From: Podarcis erhardii
Taxonomy: Eukaryota
Reading direction: 5' to 3' (one strand)
NCBI GenBank assembly: GCA_964252035.1
Contig: OZ176206.1
Length of the DNA stretch: 64,000 nt
How positions within the stretch are numbered: the first letter of the stretch is position 1; each line of letters begins with the position of its first letter. The notes under the pieces are model-generated. The model was not told the DNA's origin, searched no databases, and saw only the letters and a program-made list of their open reading frames with translations. Below, one piece after another: positions 12,733 through 26,036 of this stretch. The translations under genes were made by a program, and so were the position numbers.

Positions 12733-12790
12733 CTGAATCGGAACAAGCATCAACCTGCAGGAAACCCGACTGACGTTTGTTCCGATTCAG
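12733..12790. other. 58-nt near-perfect hairpin (pre-miRNA-like)
   Basis: 20-bp stem with 18 Watson-Crick pairs, 1 G-U and 1 mismatch; 18-nt loop. Confidence 0.3.
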
Positions 12791-13140
12791 AGGGAGAAAG
12801 CAGGCTTTTCCCTGGGGGAAAGCAGCGGGATGAGCAGAAGTGTGGGGAAGCCCTGAAATGTGGGGGCAAAGACCAGGGTTCAAATCCCCACTTGGTCATG
12901 AAGCTCACTGCATGCAGCTTGGGGGGCTAGTCACTGTCTTCTCTCAGCCTAACCTACCCCACAGGGTTGTTGTCGGGATTAAACAAGGAGGGGAGAACCA
13001 TGTGTATGCCACCTCAAACTCCTTGCAGAAACAGGTGGGATATAAATACAACAAACAAAACATTTTCTGGGACCCCAGGGGTCCTCTAGCCCAACCCCCT
13101 TTGATGCTGGAATCACAGCTAAATAATAGCTTTTTATAGT

Positions 13141-13491
13141 AAAGGTAAAGGGACCCCTGACCATTAGGTCCAGTCATGGCCAACTCTGGGGTTGAGGCGC
13201 TCATCTCACTTTATTAGCCGAGGGAGCTGGTGTACAGCTTCCGGGTCATGTGGCCAGCATGACTAAGCCGCTTCTGGCAAACCAGAGCAGCGCACGGAAA
13301 CCCTGGATAGGTTCCCGCTGGAGCGGTACCTATTTATCCACTTGCACTCTGACATGCTTTCAAACTGCTAGGTGGGTAGGAGCAGGGACCGAGCAACGGG
13401 AGCTCACCCCATCGCGGGGATTCGAACCACTGACCTTCTGATCAGCAAGTCCTAGGCTCTGTGGTTTAACCCACAGCCCCACCCGCGTCCC
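13141..13491 (-). mobile_element. Sauria SINE, subfamily A
   Basis: Reverse complement of 9461-9820. 15-bp TSD with one mismatch (13126-13140 / 13492-13506). Confidence 0.85.
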
Positions 13492-15653
13492 ATAGTTTTT
13501 TATAGTTATAGTTTAATTACTTTTTAATTATCTTTTTTCAGCTTTCTGTATTTTATCTGTGTGTGTTTTCAACTTGTGTAAGCCACTTTCAGCCCCAGTC
13601 TGGGGAGAAGGTGGGGTGGATAAATGAATAAACAAACGGCGTCTTCCTGACAGATGGTTTTCCAACCTCTTTAAAAACCTCCAATGAAGGAAGTTCCACC
13701 GCCTTTAATGTCTAGCGACCCGGATATCTCCATTAACATGCACACAGAACAGATAATGTTAAAGGCTGCATTTGAACAGCGACCAGGTGCCCCAGCTCAG
13801 GTCTGCTGATTCCTACTGGGCAGGAGAGGAGGCCAACCACAACTGCCCTCAGTCCAAGGTAGGAAGTGGGCTGCTTGCCCTGGGGCAAAATTACCAAGCC
13901 TTCCTTCTACATGCCCTCCCGATGCAGGGAGAGCCTCTTTCCAAAGTTCACATGAGTATTATGTTTCGGCTGGTGCCTCCTACGTGCACCAGAAGTTTCG
14001 TCAATGGAGAGAACATCTGGATCTGGATAAAATGCAGAACCCAACTGGCTTAATTGGGAACAGAGACTCCGCAGCTCCATCCAGGATGTTTTTCCTGTAC
14101 AGCTCAGAGGTTCGGTTAAGGTGGCCTCTAGGGATTTCCTGCAGTTTATCTCAGCAAGCGGAAAGCAGATTAATGGAGCAGGTCAAGGGAAGGGGACGAG
14201 CAGAGACTGGAAGCCCCTTTCCCCACCCTTATGTCTCAAAAGAGGACACCCATTTCTAACAGAAACACCTTAAATTGTGATTGAATTATTCCCCAATGTT
14301 GTGGGGAAATGATCCACCCCAATACTACGTTTTGTTCCTGGCATGGCAATGGAAATGTTATCACCAGAAGAAGGATTCATTTATTCCTCATTTTCTGTCT
14401 CTTTTTTGGGAGGGAAGGGGGAGTAACTGAGTCACTCTCTTCGATGTAACAGATCTGTGGAAGTGTGTGCAAGACCGCTTCTGGCACCATATGACAAGTG
14501 CTGTTTCCTGATAAGCGACCGTTAAAATGGATTGTCAAACAGTGCCGTTACTGTACGCTCCGCAAATGTTCCCGGGCACGCGCTGGCAGGGTAATATGTC
14601 ACTTATTAAGTGCTCAGCCAAGATAAACCAGGCCTGGTTCACTCCAAAATGAGGGACGCTGAGTAGAACAGAATCTTCTCCAGTTTCCCATGCAAAGCTG
14701 GTTCGTTCGTAATGGAGGGATTATCTCCGGGCTCATAGCTGAGCTTCTGTGATCAGCAAATGAGCAGGAAAGAACCGTCCCCCCACGGAAGCAAAGAGAT
14801 GGGCCAAACCTGCCCATGTGCCAACCAACCAGCAGCTGACACAACAGTCGGTGGCAGTAGCTGGAGAGGAGGCCAGAGAGGTGGTTCAAGGAATGGGAAA
14901 GCCACCCTCACTCTTCTTTCACAACCCCAATGCTACACTTCAGTCGCCATCACTCCAAAAGGAAAAGGAGCCCACAGCAGCCCCAAAGGCCATTCTCAAC
15001 TCATCCAAATGGTGGTATTTTTCTCAGGACGCAGCTGTGATTGCTGCCTCGCAGGGGGTTGGACCACATGAGCCTTTGGGTCCCTTCCAGCTGTACAATT
15101 CTATGAGTCTATTGACCCCCATCCTTTAAGCAGAGAGGATTCTGGGAAGAAAGACTGGCAAGGCCTTGCCTTTCCCCAATGCATGTCAAGACATTCAGTC
15201 TAGTTCCATCTTTCTCTCATCCTTGCCTCCGTGTACACCACTGACACTTTCCCAGTCTGCTTCCCCCCGCCCCCGATGTTTGGGGCTACCAACTCCCATC
15301 AGCCTCTGACAGCACAGCCACTGGACAGGGGGTGATGGGAGAGCCTTATCTTGAAGTCATCCCAAATCTGGATCCTAGAACTGGGGTGGGATGTGTGGAG
15401 AACTTGGCAATGAAATAATCTCTGCAGGGAGCTACAGAGATTATGTCATTATCAAGTCCCCCACCCCCATTTAACCTAGATCTATGTTCTGTTATAGGTG
15501 TGGGGGGGTCAGTCTGGATGTCACCCAGGGATCCCTTCCGAAACCTGTGTTTCTGTGTGGGTGAGGATAGAAGATGCAAGAGGAAACCAGCAAAACCAGT
15601 CCTTTAGCTGGCCAGTTTAAGCGCCTCCATTTACATATAGAAAGAGTTTGCCT

Positions 15654-15737
15654 TGTGGTCACACAGACATGGGTGGGCCTTTTCCCACCCCAGCTGGCTG
15701 AGTGCCACCAGTCACCCTAGGATGGGGAGCAACAGGC

Positions 15738-15792
<55 letters not shown>

Positions 15793-16047
15793 AAGAGGGG
15801 GGGGGGGTTGGCTGATGCTGGAAGCCGGAGACACAGAGGTTTATATTGTTCTGTGCTGAACCCAAAACTGAGTCTGGGGCTCCCCTGGGAACCTAAGGGA
15901 AGTCTGTGGGGAGAAATGCTGGGGGGTTAATGCCATGAACCCTTCTCCATCCTCTGCTCAGGTTGTTCATGTGCATAAATAAAACCGTAGTTCCGAAAGA
16001 CACCACAGACCTTCATTCCCAGGAAAGTAACCCCTGGGAATATCACA
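15654..16047 (+). mobile_element. Older probable solo LTR (second family) with internal (TG)n
   Basis: TG...CA ends. Shares the blocks gggccttttcccacc, ggagacacagagg, ttgttctgtgctg, ctccatcct.tgctcaggttg and aagacaccacag with 23561-23909. No clean TSD. Confidence 0.55.
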
Positions 16048-19000
16048 GGCATCCCAGAGTCTCTCACCACTCAGAGATTGGGGTTTCTGTAGTTTAAGTC
16101 TACCAATTCCGCTTCTGTCCAGACTCTGTCCAGTTCCAGGTTGTCCAGCTATTTCATCAGATCAACTCCTTTAGGAGCATTGCCAAACAAGTCACATTCA
16201 AATGGGGTCTTGAGACTGGCGACATCCCTCTCAGGGCAGAGCGAGCAAGGAAACAAAGATCTCCTTTACTTTGAAACTTCGGGAGCCCCCAGTGCCAGCA
16301 AGCGTGACTGTAAGTATACAGAGGTGACTTTCAGGGAGACACGGCGCAAGGAGGGTCATTGCAGCTCAATTATTAACTGGGCTGGAGGGGGGACCCCTGA
16401 CTTTACTGGAATGCAGCCTCCCTCAACGGCCATGTTCCGGATGCCAGGGAATGTGCCGGAACTGTGCGCAAAGGTTAATGGATTCATACTCCATGCAAAA
16501 CATAGCCCTCCAAACTCGGGTCTCTGAGAGGGCTTTTTTCAAGCATTGCAGTACTATCCCCGCCTTGCTGCTAACCCAGTTCCCCTGTTGTTGCCTCAAG
16601 GGGGAAAGAAGGGACTCCTTTGCTTTAAATGGCACAGGGAGAGCCCAGGTCTGCTCAGTTTCTCAAGGGAAGGCACAGGGCAACGCAGAAGTCGCCTCAC
16701 GTTACCCAGTTTTGTCTTTCCTACAAATACTGGAATGAGCAGGGGCTCACAGTGGTCCCTCGCTGGTGAGGAGGAGAGCACTCTGCACGCCTGCAGGGGC
16801 ACTGTTATCATCTTTACCGATTCACACATGCCAGGACTTAGCCCGCTCAAGAAATAAAGGAGCTCCAATCCAGAACTCACTCTGGTGACCCCTAGCACCC
16901 TTTCCAAAGAAAGAAGAGATGGATTTGGGCCTGGCCACCAATGCCTCTGACTGCCACAAAGAACAGGCAATGTGTGACCTCATTCAACCCTCCAGAATGA
17001 TAGACAAGGAATTGCAACAGAAAATGGTTAATATGGATTATGTTGGCCTAATGTGCTCCTAAAGTAGCACTAAAGGGATTAGGAGAAATATAATGGGGAG
17101 AGGGAAGACATTTAATCCTATTTATTTTGGAATCAATTCTTATTGTTTATTTATTGCATTCCTATCTAATTCTTCTCCTCCAAGAAGCTCAAGGTGATAT
17201 ATACAGATTCCTCTCCTCATTTCACAACAACCCTGTGATGTAGATTAGACTGAGAGGCAGTGACCGATCCAAGCTCACCCAAGGATCTTCATGGCCAGGC
17301 AGGGATTTGGTCTCCTAGGTCCCAGTCTGGCACTAAACCACTAAATAACCACTGTCCATTATAGTGCAGGGTGAACACCCAGCCCTGGACTGTGATCTCC
17401 TCCAGAGGCGGAGGTCACCTACTGCAGCCACTACAATGCTTTTCCCAATTAGAGCTTCCTTTGTATTGGGGGGTTCTTTAAGGAAATATCAGCAACAGCA
17501 GCCAAGTTTCCATAGGAGGCAGGTGCCCCACTACCACCACTCATGGGCTCTGCCCCTCCAAAGCCAAGCCCTGAGGAAGTGGGCAGCCCCCTCTCAACTA
17601 GGCAGGGCAGTGGAGAGGCCCAACAAGCTAGGCCAGCACACCACAGGAGCTGACTGCGCACTGGGGGATCTTTCCAGGAATACCCCACAATGCACAGTGG
17701 TTCCTCAGCTAACCAGAAGCTGCAGAAGGCATATCCCCCAAAGCCAGGAAGTATAGATGTAGGTGAAGCTCTTCCAAGCCAGCCTGGGGAAACAATTCCA
17801 GGGCTTCTTATAAAACCCCAATTTTAAATCAGAGGAGAGTTTTCAAAGTCTGAAGGTTCTTCCCTGGCTCAGGTTGAAATCCAAGCTGGAGGAGAATTCA
17901 CGGCTTCTCTCATCACCAACTATCACCAATATTCAAGACCCTTCCTATTCCTAACACTTTCCCCACACACAGAGTAATGGCAGGAGTAGCAGCAACATGC
18001 ATGGAGAGCAGAAACCGACAAGCCTGAGCCAAGCCAAGTACTCTCCCCTCCTGCAGTTTCCAGCAACTGGTATTCAGAAGCATTGCTGCCTATGACCTTG
18101 GAGGCAGAGCATAGCTCTCTACTCCATTAATTTGCCCAGTCCTCTTTTAAAACTGCCTAGGTTGGTGGCCATCACTGCCTCTTGCAGGAGCAAGTTCCAC
18201 AGTTTAACTATGCGTTGCATAAAGTCCTTTCTTTTCTCTGTCCTGAATCTTCCAACATTCGGCTCCATTGGCTATCCACAAGTTCAAGTGTCCTGAGAGA
18301 GGGAGAGTTTATTTGTCTCTCTATTCACTTTCTCCATGCCATGCCTCATGGTATAAACTTGTATCTTAATCACCTCTTTCTCGCCTTTTTATCTGAAATA
18401 AAAAGTCCCAAACACGGCAACTTTTCTTCGTAGGGGACTTTCTCTGTCCCTCCATATTTCAAGGACTTTCAAGATGACCGTCCTATATTTGAAGAAGTCC
18501 TTTATTAGAACTTCTCTCCAACCCAAGATAAAGGAGTAGGGGCCTTGATCCTGCCCATCAATAGTTAGCACCCGGAGAGCAGACTGAGCAGGTCACCTCG
18601 CCCACCTGACCAGGTAAGGCCTTAAGGGGACGGGGGAGGGTGTTTCGGGGAGACGGGCTTGTCTTCCAAGCCTCAGGAAATGAACCAAATTATTCTGGCC
18701 CTCGGCAAGCGGGGGCAAGCTCAGCCATCTCTGTCAATAAGTGAGAAACTACAGAAAATACAGACATAACTATAGGCAGATATTTGCATTTCCTTTTTTG
18801 GAGGAGGGAAATACTTCTAATAATCCATTCTTCAATTCTGACACTAAATCTGGGGTTGTAGTCAGCCAGGACCCAATAAAATTAGGGATCCTAACTAAGT
18901 CACATCCATTACTTCAAAGGTCTACTCTGAGCAGGGCTAGTGCTGAATAGCACTCTGGGTTTCCATGTTTTCCCTGCCCATGACTCAGAGTTTTCCATAT

Positions 19001-19641
19001 GGATGGCCTGAAACTCAAGAGAGCTCATAGTTAGGCCATGTGTTATTTTGGGGTACAATAGACCCAGAGGCCTGGAGACAGGGCAGGATGCGAATTACAG
19101 TAAAATATGAGAAATAAGTATCTGAATTTTCAGACTGAAACGCAGCACCTGCCAACGCAGTGGACCCTGACCACTTCAACAAGAGTCGTTTTGACAGTGG
19201 AATGGACATCCTTGGAAGGTGGTGGACTCTCTCTGTTTTTTTGATAGAGGCTGGAGGGTCATCTGCCAAGGATTCTTTAGCTGTGAGTCCTGCATTGCAA
19301 GGGACTAGACTACATGGCCCTTGGCTATACCTTCCACACTACAGTTCTGTGATTCTACGGCCTCACAGAGCAGGGGCCAACCAGCGTGGGTTGAACTGTG
19401 TGTGTGTGTTTGATGCCGCCACTGACTTCTTTTGTGCCATGTGCACAGATCAGGACCACACCTCCAGTGCGGCTCCCACTGGGGATCTCACCCACTCAGT
19501 TTGTCCATCACTTACTAAAGGGCCCACCTGCTCAGCGCCCACCACTCCGAGAGGCTGGAAGGGAGCCACGCGCATGTTACTCTGTCTTTCCTGCATCACA
19601 AAATAAGCAAGACGCAACCGAAGAACTCCCATAATCACATA

Positions 19642-19674
<33 letters not shown>

Positions 19675-19983
19675 GCTCCCGTAGCATAAGACAAGGAAAA
19701 GCAGCAACGGAAGGAGCTCCTGCAACAGTTTAGAAGGGTTATGAAACGTTTGTACAAGCAGAGAAGTCCTCCATTGCCATGCACCGAAACCAGTAACGTC
19801 TCCTGGGAGAGAACGGCCTCGGAATGGGGCACATATAACCGGACCCACACAGACACCATTTTTCTGTTCAGGCAGGTCAAGTCGATGAAGTGAAAACAGG
19901 ATTGCCAGGTCATCATGTGAGCGTCAGGCGCTCCTCGGGGAAAGTTATGACTCTTCAGAGCCAGAAAGCGAAAGACCGAGGGG

Positions 19984-20004
19984 GAGAGAGAGAGAGAGAG
20001 AGAC

Positions 20005-20049
<45 letters not shown>

Positions 20050-20050
20050 G
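19984..20050. repeat. Compound (GA)n/(GACA)n microsatellite
   Basis: Direct reading. Confidence 0.9.
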
Positions 20051-20257
20051 CTTCACTACTGAACTGACAGCATCGGAGAGCATTTTGCTGCAGTGACTAT
20101 TTACCTTGAGTTGCCTTGCTCCATGTCCCGTGTTGAAAAACTGTGCCTGAGGTACCAGGAGAAAACTCCTTGGCTGTCAAAAATCCTTGGGAGATTCAGT
20201 CGCTTCTTCTGCTGGGGCAGGGCAAAGGCCGGAGGCAACATGCCCCCAGAGTTATAC

Positions 20258-20309
<52 letters not shown>

Positions 20310-21089
20310 TGTTGCCAGCTCCAGAGCAGCAGCAGAAGCAGCTGCTGCTCCTTGGCCGTTGTCAATTGCAAAAAAATGAGGGTTGCTGCAGGCACAGGTG
20401 GCCAAACTGCTGGAGCTGCCTCCTTGCGCCCGCCCCCTGAGGCTTCTGGCCAATCGCTGAAGCAACAGGAAAGCCTGCCAAACAACTGGGCTTTCCCCTT
20501 AACCCTTGACAAAACCTCATAAAACAGTCACCGATTCCTTGCTAACGCAGAAGCCCGTAGGAGGGATTGCAAATGAGCTTTGTGGGGAACAGGGATTCTT
20601 TCTTTCATCAGATTATCCACTGAAAGGGTCATCCAGACTGAATGAGGGGAAAATACGAGCCAGGAAAATGGTCGATGATGCTGTCATGTGCTGCCTTGCA
20701 GCGGGTTGGTCTAGATGACCCTTGGATCCCTTCCAACTCGACGATTCTATGGTTCTATGTGGATGCTGTCTTTGTGTGGGTTGTATATACCCACTGTGAA
20801 TGGTCTATGTATGTATGCAGTACTTTTCCGGTTAATTTTTTTTTGAGGCGCCAATACTCCTATTTTGATAAAAGTGCCAAAGGTTCCAGCAAAAAATGGC
20901 TGCCATGGGCAAGAAAAGTCCTGTACATACTCTATATGTGGGTTTAAGCATATCCCTTACATCTGGCTGAGAGGTTTTGGGGGGAGCTCATGTCACCTCT
21001 GCCCGCCACAGCGAGAAGAGTTAACTGTGGGTTTAAAAACAAGGATTTGTGTGACTCAAAGGAACATAATCCACTTTGGAGAGTTACAT

Positions 21090-21435
21090 AAGGTAAAGGG
21101 ACCCCTGACCGTTAGGTCCAGTCACGGATGACTCTGGGGTTGTGGCGTTCATCTCACTTTACTGGCCGAGGGAGCTGGCGTTTGTCCACAGACAGCTTCC
21201 GGGTCATGTGGCCAGCATGACTAAGCCGCTTCTGGCGAACCAGAGCAGCGCACGGAAACACCGTTTACCTTCCTGCTGGAGTGGTACCTATTTATCTACT
21301 TCAACTTTGACGTGCTTTCAAACTGCTATGTTGGCAGGAGCTGGGACCAAGCAACAGGAGCTTACCCTGTCGCAGGATTCAAACCGCCGACCTTCTGATC
21401 AGCAAGCCCTAGGCTCTGTGGTTCAGACCACAGAT
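21090..21435 (-). mobile_element. Sauria SINE, subfamily A, with 53-bp flanking direct repeat
   Basis: Homologous to the other copies. Flanks 21037-21089 and 21436-21488 are 49/53 identical. Confidence 0.85.
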
Positions 21436-21860
21436 AAACAAGGATTCATGTGACTCAAAGGAACATGATCCACTTTGGAGAGTCACATTAGTACATGCCA
21501 AAATCTACCTTCCGTTTTCTTGAAATGTTTTCTTCCTCTGAGAACAAGTTTCTTCCTCAATTCTGGGGGTAATTGAGAATTTCTTGAGAACTCAAAGATT
21601 GTGGGGCTTTATGGCTTAAGGTGGTACATCTGTCTGCACACGTTCCACTACCTCAGAAGGTGATGGATTCTCCTTCCTTGGAAAGGTTGAATGGGCGCAT
21701 CTGTCAGAGAATCTTAAGCTGCAATTCCTTCATTGCAGGGGGTTGGACTGGATAACCCTTGGGGAGTCCCTTCCAACCCTAAAATTCTCTGATTCTATCT
21801 CTCATACTGAAAAGCAGCTTTGCTTGTCATTCACCAGAGCACTGCCATTTTGGCCCCAAA

Positions 21861-22079
21861 CAGGGGTGTCATCTGGGGGGGCCGGGGGGGCAGTCCCCTC
21901 AATATTTTCAACTTTGTGACAATCCTCAAAAGGACACACCAGGGCGCCTTTCAGGAAGGTGGTTGGTAGTGGAGGGAATCCTGAGCTGAGTGTGCCTGGC
22001 CAGGTTGGGGGCGCCGTGTGTGATGTCATGCACGCGTGGCAGCCCCCCCCCCAATGTTGGGGGCAACTCAGCACCTCTG
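21861..22079. mobile_element. hAT-like non-autonomous element
   Basis: CAG...CTG ends with imperfect TIRs. 8-bp TSD gccccaaa (21853-21860) / gcccgaaa (22080-22087). Confidence 0.6.
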
Positions 22080-23560
22080 GCCCGAAACAAGACACCCCTT
22101 CACTCAGCTCCAGATCCCCACCCTGCCCCATTCCCAAAAGACTTCAGTACCTGCCACAGGTATACTGTGGGGGAGGCAGCGGCTAGGGAAGAGAGCTGCG
22201 GAAGCTGAGGGCGGTTACTTTCCATCAAGCATCATCTTTGACTAGAAGCTTCACAGAGATCCAGGTGGACCACATCCAAGCATTTCCACCTCTATTAATA
22301 AAAAGGTGGTGGGGTTTTGCACACCCCTCCTGCCTTCAGAGCTGGGCTGCATTCCCTCTGGCACCCCTCTGCTTGGGGCTGACAGATTTTCCACACCTCT
22401 GCAAACCTCCAGACTTCCTCAAGTCTGGCAGTGCTCTCCATTTTGTCAAAGGACAGGACCGTGTGGGCTATACAAATCCTTCCAACATCAGAAAGTTAGG
22501 CTATACTGTACCTCGAAACCTTATCCATCCAAGTTATGCATTTCCTACAATAAACAACTTTATTATTTTCTGACCTGCAAACATCTGTGTGTGTAAGAGA
22601 GAGAGTCTACTCTCTCACTCAGATTTGCCAGCTCAAATGCTACCTAATGAAAAGTGTTAGTTAGTTTTGCCCCTGTTCCCCCATTACTCACTCCCCAACA
22701 ATATGAAACCCATTATTCCCTCTAGGACTGAGAACACAACCATCCCTTCAACCCAACCCACCCTTAATCTGAAACATGTGCACAAGCCTGGATTCGAAGG
22801 TCCAGAAATCGCAACGGCTTTGTGTGAGACCCTCTCTGTTTAATCACGCACACCCCAGAAAGACTTTGATCCCTGATGCCTCCCTCGCCAGCTCCGCAGC
22901 TGTGTTTTCTCACCTGCCAAATGGCAAAGAGCAATCCGAGAAACCTTCCAAGAGCATCATCCTTTCCAACCATCACACGGGGCGGTTCCCTCTCCCAGAC
23001 GACCTGTCGCACCAGCACTGACTAAGAGGAAGCCATCAGCAAAAGTTACAAAGTATTTCAAAGCTCCTTGGTTTCTCCCCACCCAGTACATGGTTAGAAG
23101 GAAGTGCAGGGTCTTCACGCAAGCCCATTTCGATGCTTCCCTCTTCAAAGCCGCACCGTCATTGAAACAACTCTAAGCCAACTTTTCCACCATAAAGTAG
23201 GGTACCCACAAAAAAGGCAAGTCAAAAAATATGGTACAGATTAAAGAGAAGACCTCAGAAAGCTGGACAGAGCAGGCTTCATCCAGCAGCACTCTTCTTA
23301 TTTATCCCGTCGACAAGAGTTATAAACTGCTTATTCAACAAAAACCTTCAAGCCCCTCGCAAAACATGATGCACAATTTTCATGGCAAAATGCTGAAAAA
23401 ACCAAAAGCTGACCTAAGATTTCTCAATTTTCTCAAAATATTAATAAACTGTGTGAGGTTTAGAATCTAGTGGAAGAAGCTGTTGAAGCAGCTAGTCTAG
23501 TGTTTTTGCTAAAGGTGACTAGTTAGGTCCTTGCCATTTACATGTCCAGAGAGTTACCTC

Positions 23561-23909
23561 TGTTGCCCTAGAGACAAATGGCTGGGCCTTTTCCCACCTC
23601 ACCTGGCAGATGCCAGCAGTCAAGAGGGAAAGGGGAGCTGTGCAAGAGTTGGTATGAGAGAGAAGGGAGGGAGAGATGGATTGTGCTGCAAGCTGGAGAC
23701 ACAGAGGCTTTTCTTGTTCTGTGCTGGACTCAAAGCTTCCCTAGGAACTGAATGAGGTGGCAAAATCTATTGGGGTGTTAACTCTGTGAGCCTCTCCATC
23801 CTATGCTCAGGTTGGATGTATGGGTAAAGAAAACCATACATCCCAAGACACCACAGTCTCCTTTGTCCTTCCCCTCCAAGGGAACCGAACCTTGGGGAAG
23901 CATGCAACA
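23561..23909 (+). mobile_element. Older probable solo LTR (second family)
   Basis: TGTTG...CAACA ends. Homologous to 15654-16047. TSD not preserved. Confidence 0.55.
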
Positions 23910-25841
23910 TTATTTACAAGACGGCAAGTCCCTTTGAGCTCACTGCATTAGATGTGCACAGGATGGCACTGAGAGAGTCCACCAATTTCGCCATGTAAAT
24001 ATATACATGTTGCTTCATTCCTGTGCTGTAGGGGGGGTCAGACTAGATGACTCTTGGGGTCCCTCCCAGCTCTACATTTCAAGGATTCTGTGTCACATGT
24101 AATGCAGCTGGATGTGGTGAAACCCAACCAAGTCAATGAACTGAAAGCTGGGAAGTGAATTGAAAGGAGGCTCCCCGCTACTGAAGTCTCCATAGGAAGC
24201 GAGAGGTATCGGAAACTCTGCCACATGGTTGGCATGCTCAGGAACAACTTCTCTGTGTCAGTGGCTTCCTAACCCATAACCCTGCATTGAGCTCAACTGC
24301 TTAACAACAATGCAGCCACATCCTCTTCCTGCCTTGCCACCATCTCCTCCTCCTCCTCTGCCACTGGGCAAAATAAAGCCACATCCAGCCCCCCCGCATC
24401 CTCCTTGAACCTGTATTTCCAAATACCACAGAAAGCGGGGGCTCCTTAGGAACTGATCTCTCAAATGAAGCTTCAGTTCCTCCAACCGGATCCTTGTGCT
24501 AAAGGTGAGCAGAGACGGGCGTTCCCAGGGAATGCGGGGGAAGGGGGAAGGGGCAGGGGACTTCCTTAGTGGGTTGCAGAGCCCCAGTTGTGTCTCCCCT
24601 TGGGAGGAAGTGGGAGGCTTGTGGGCCAAAGGGTTGTGGCGAAGGTGCTGGAATTGTCTGTGTAAATACATTTGAAAATAGCTGGCTTTGTTGCAACACA
24701 ACCCAAATGGGCATTAAGCCTCACAGCCTGACCATCTGCAAGGCCCGCTTTCGCCAGGGAGAGAAAGAGCAAAACATGGAGTGACTTTGGGACAACTGTG
24801 ATTCGACCTACCCCCCATCACCCCCCAACTACTGCCCCCACCCCCCAAAAAATGTGCTTGTGGGGGAGCCCAAACAAACTAGATCAGGACTGGGCACTAT
24901 TTCACTGTTTCCAACCAGGGCCCCCTAGATCAAGTAAAACAAGAGGACTACTTAAATAACTGGCCAATCATGTCGGTTCTGACCCCCCCCAAAATGTCCT
25001 GCCCCCCCAACAAAATTCTGGCTACACCCATGTTTCCATGACAGCTTGAATCTCACCCCCTCCCCAAAGCATACATGGTGCACATATGGTTTTTCCCTAT
25101 GGACTGTTTGGGGGGGGGGCAGCCTATTTACATCAGGAACGTGGCAATGATGAAGCCCCTTTGAACCTAAACACAATGCCTTCCATCTGGAATAGGGGTA
25201 GCCACTTTTCTATTGGGGATGGTGAATGCTGTAGATTCAGTAATGGGTCTCTGGGCATGTTCTTCCATAAAATAGAGTACCTTTCTTCAACAGCATAGTT
25301 AGGAGGGTGTGTGTGTGTGTGTGAAAGACCTTTTGTTTAAAACAGACATCAAGGTACCATTGCAGAAGGATGTACTCTTCATTGCCAAACATACACCTGA
25401 CAGAAAACTTTTCAGCAGGCATTAAAAAGTTGGCACAGAATGCATCTCTCTATTGGCAGAGAGTTCCACAGGCCTGGGCTGGTGACACTAAAGGCTCGGC
25501 TTCTCAATGCTGTCACTTGAGCCTTGGGGAACAACCAGCGATGCTCCTGCAGATGATCTTGGCAACTGAGCCGGGACAGAAGGGTTCAGGCAGTCGTTAC
25601 AGTATTTTTGTCCAGGGCTTTATAAACTAACACAAGGACCTTGAGCCAGGCTCAGTAGTAGACGGGCAGCCGGTGCTGCTGTTTTAAGAATGGTGTCCCA
25701 TGTTCTTGGCCAGATGCCCCCATCAGCAGCCTGGCTGCTTCATTCTGCCCCAGCTGGAGCTTCTGGACCAGGCCCAAGCACAGCCCCACGCAGAGTGCAT
25801 TGCATTAATGTCATTGACACAAGTCGTTTTAACATTAAACA

Positions 25842-25971
25842 CATAGAATTAGAAGGGACCACGAGCGTCATCTAGTCCAACACCCTGCAATGCAGGAATT
25901 TTTCACCCACTATGGGTCTTGAACCCACAACTCTGAGAATAAGAGTCTCATGCTTTACTGACTGAGCTACC
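25842..25971 (-). mobile_element. tRNA-Lys-derived SINE with CR1 tail (Squam2-like)
   Basis: Minus strand reads ggtagctcagtcagtaaagcatgagactctta..., similar to tRNA-Lys(CUU), and is fused to a CR1 3' tip. Confidence 0.7.
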
Positions 25972-26002
25972 TGTGAACAAGCCCCTTGTAGCCACTGGAC
26001 TT

Positions 26003-26036
26003 ACTACTACTACTACTACTACTGCTACTACTACTG
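26003..26036. repeat. (TAC)n microsatellite
   Basis: Direct reading. Confidence 0.9.

Noticed and set aside
17530-17830. Pro/Gly/Ser-rich + strand frame that looks protein-like
   Set aside because: Interrupted by in-frame stops, with no convincing splice sites and no recognisable homology.
25900-25971. tRNA-Lys(CUU)-like sequence (also about 27835-27894 and 41646-41705)
   Set aside because: Degenerate, with indels in the anticodon and acceptor arms, and each is fused to a CR1 tail. These are SINE heads, not tRNA genes.
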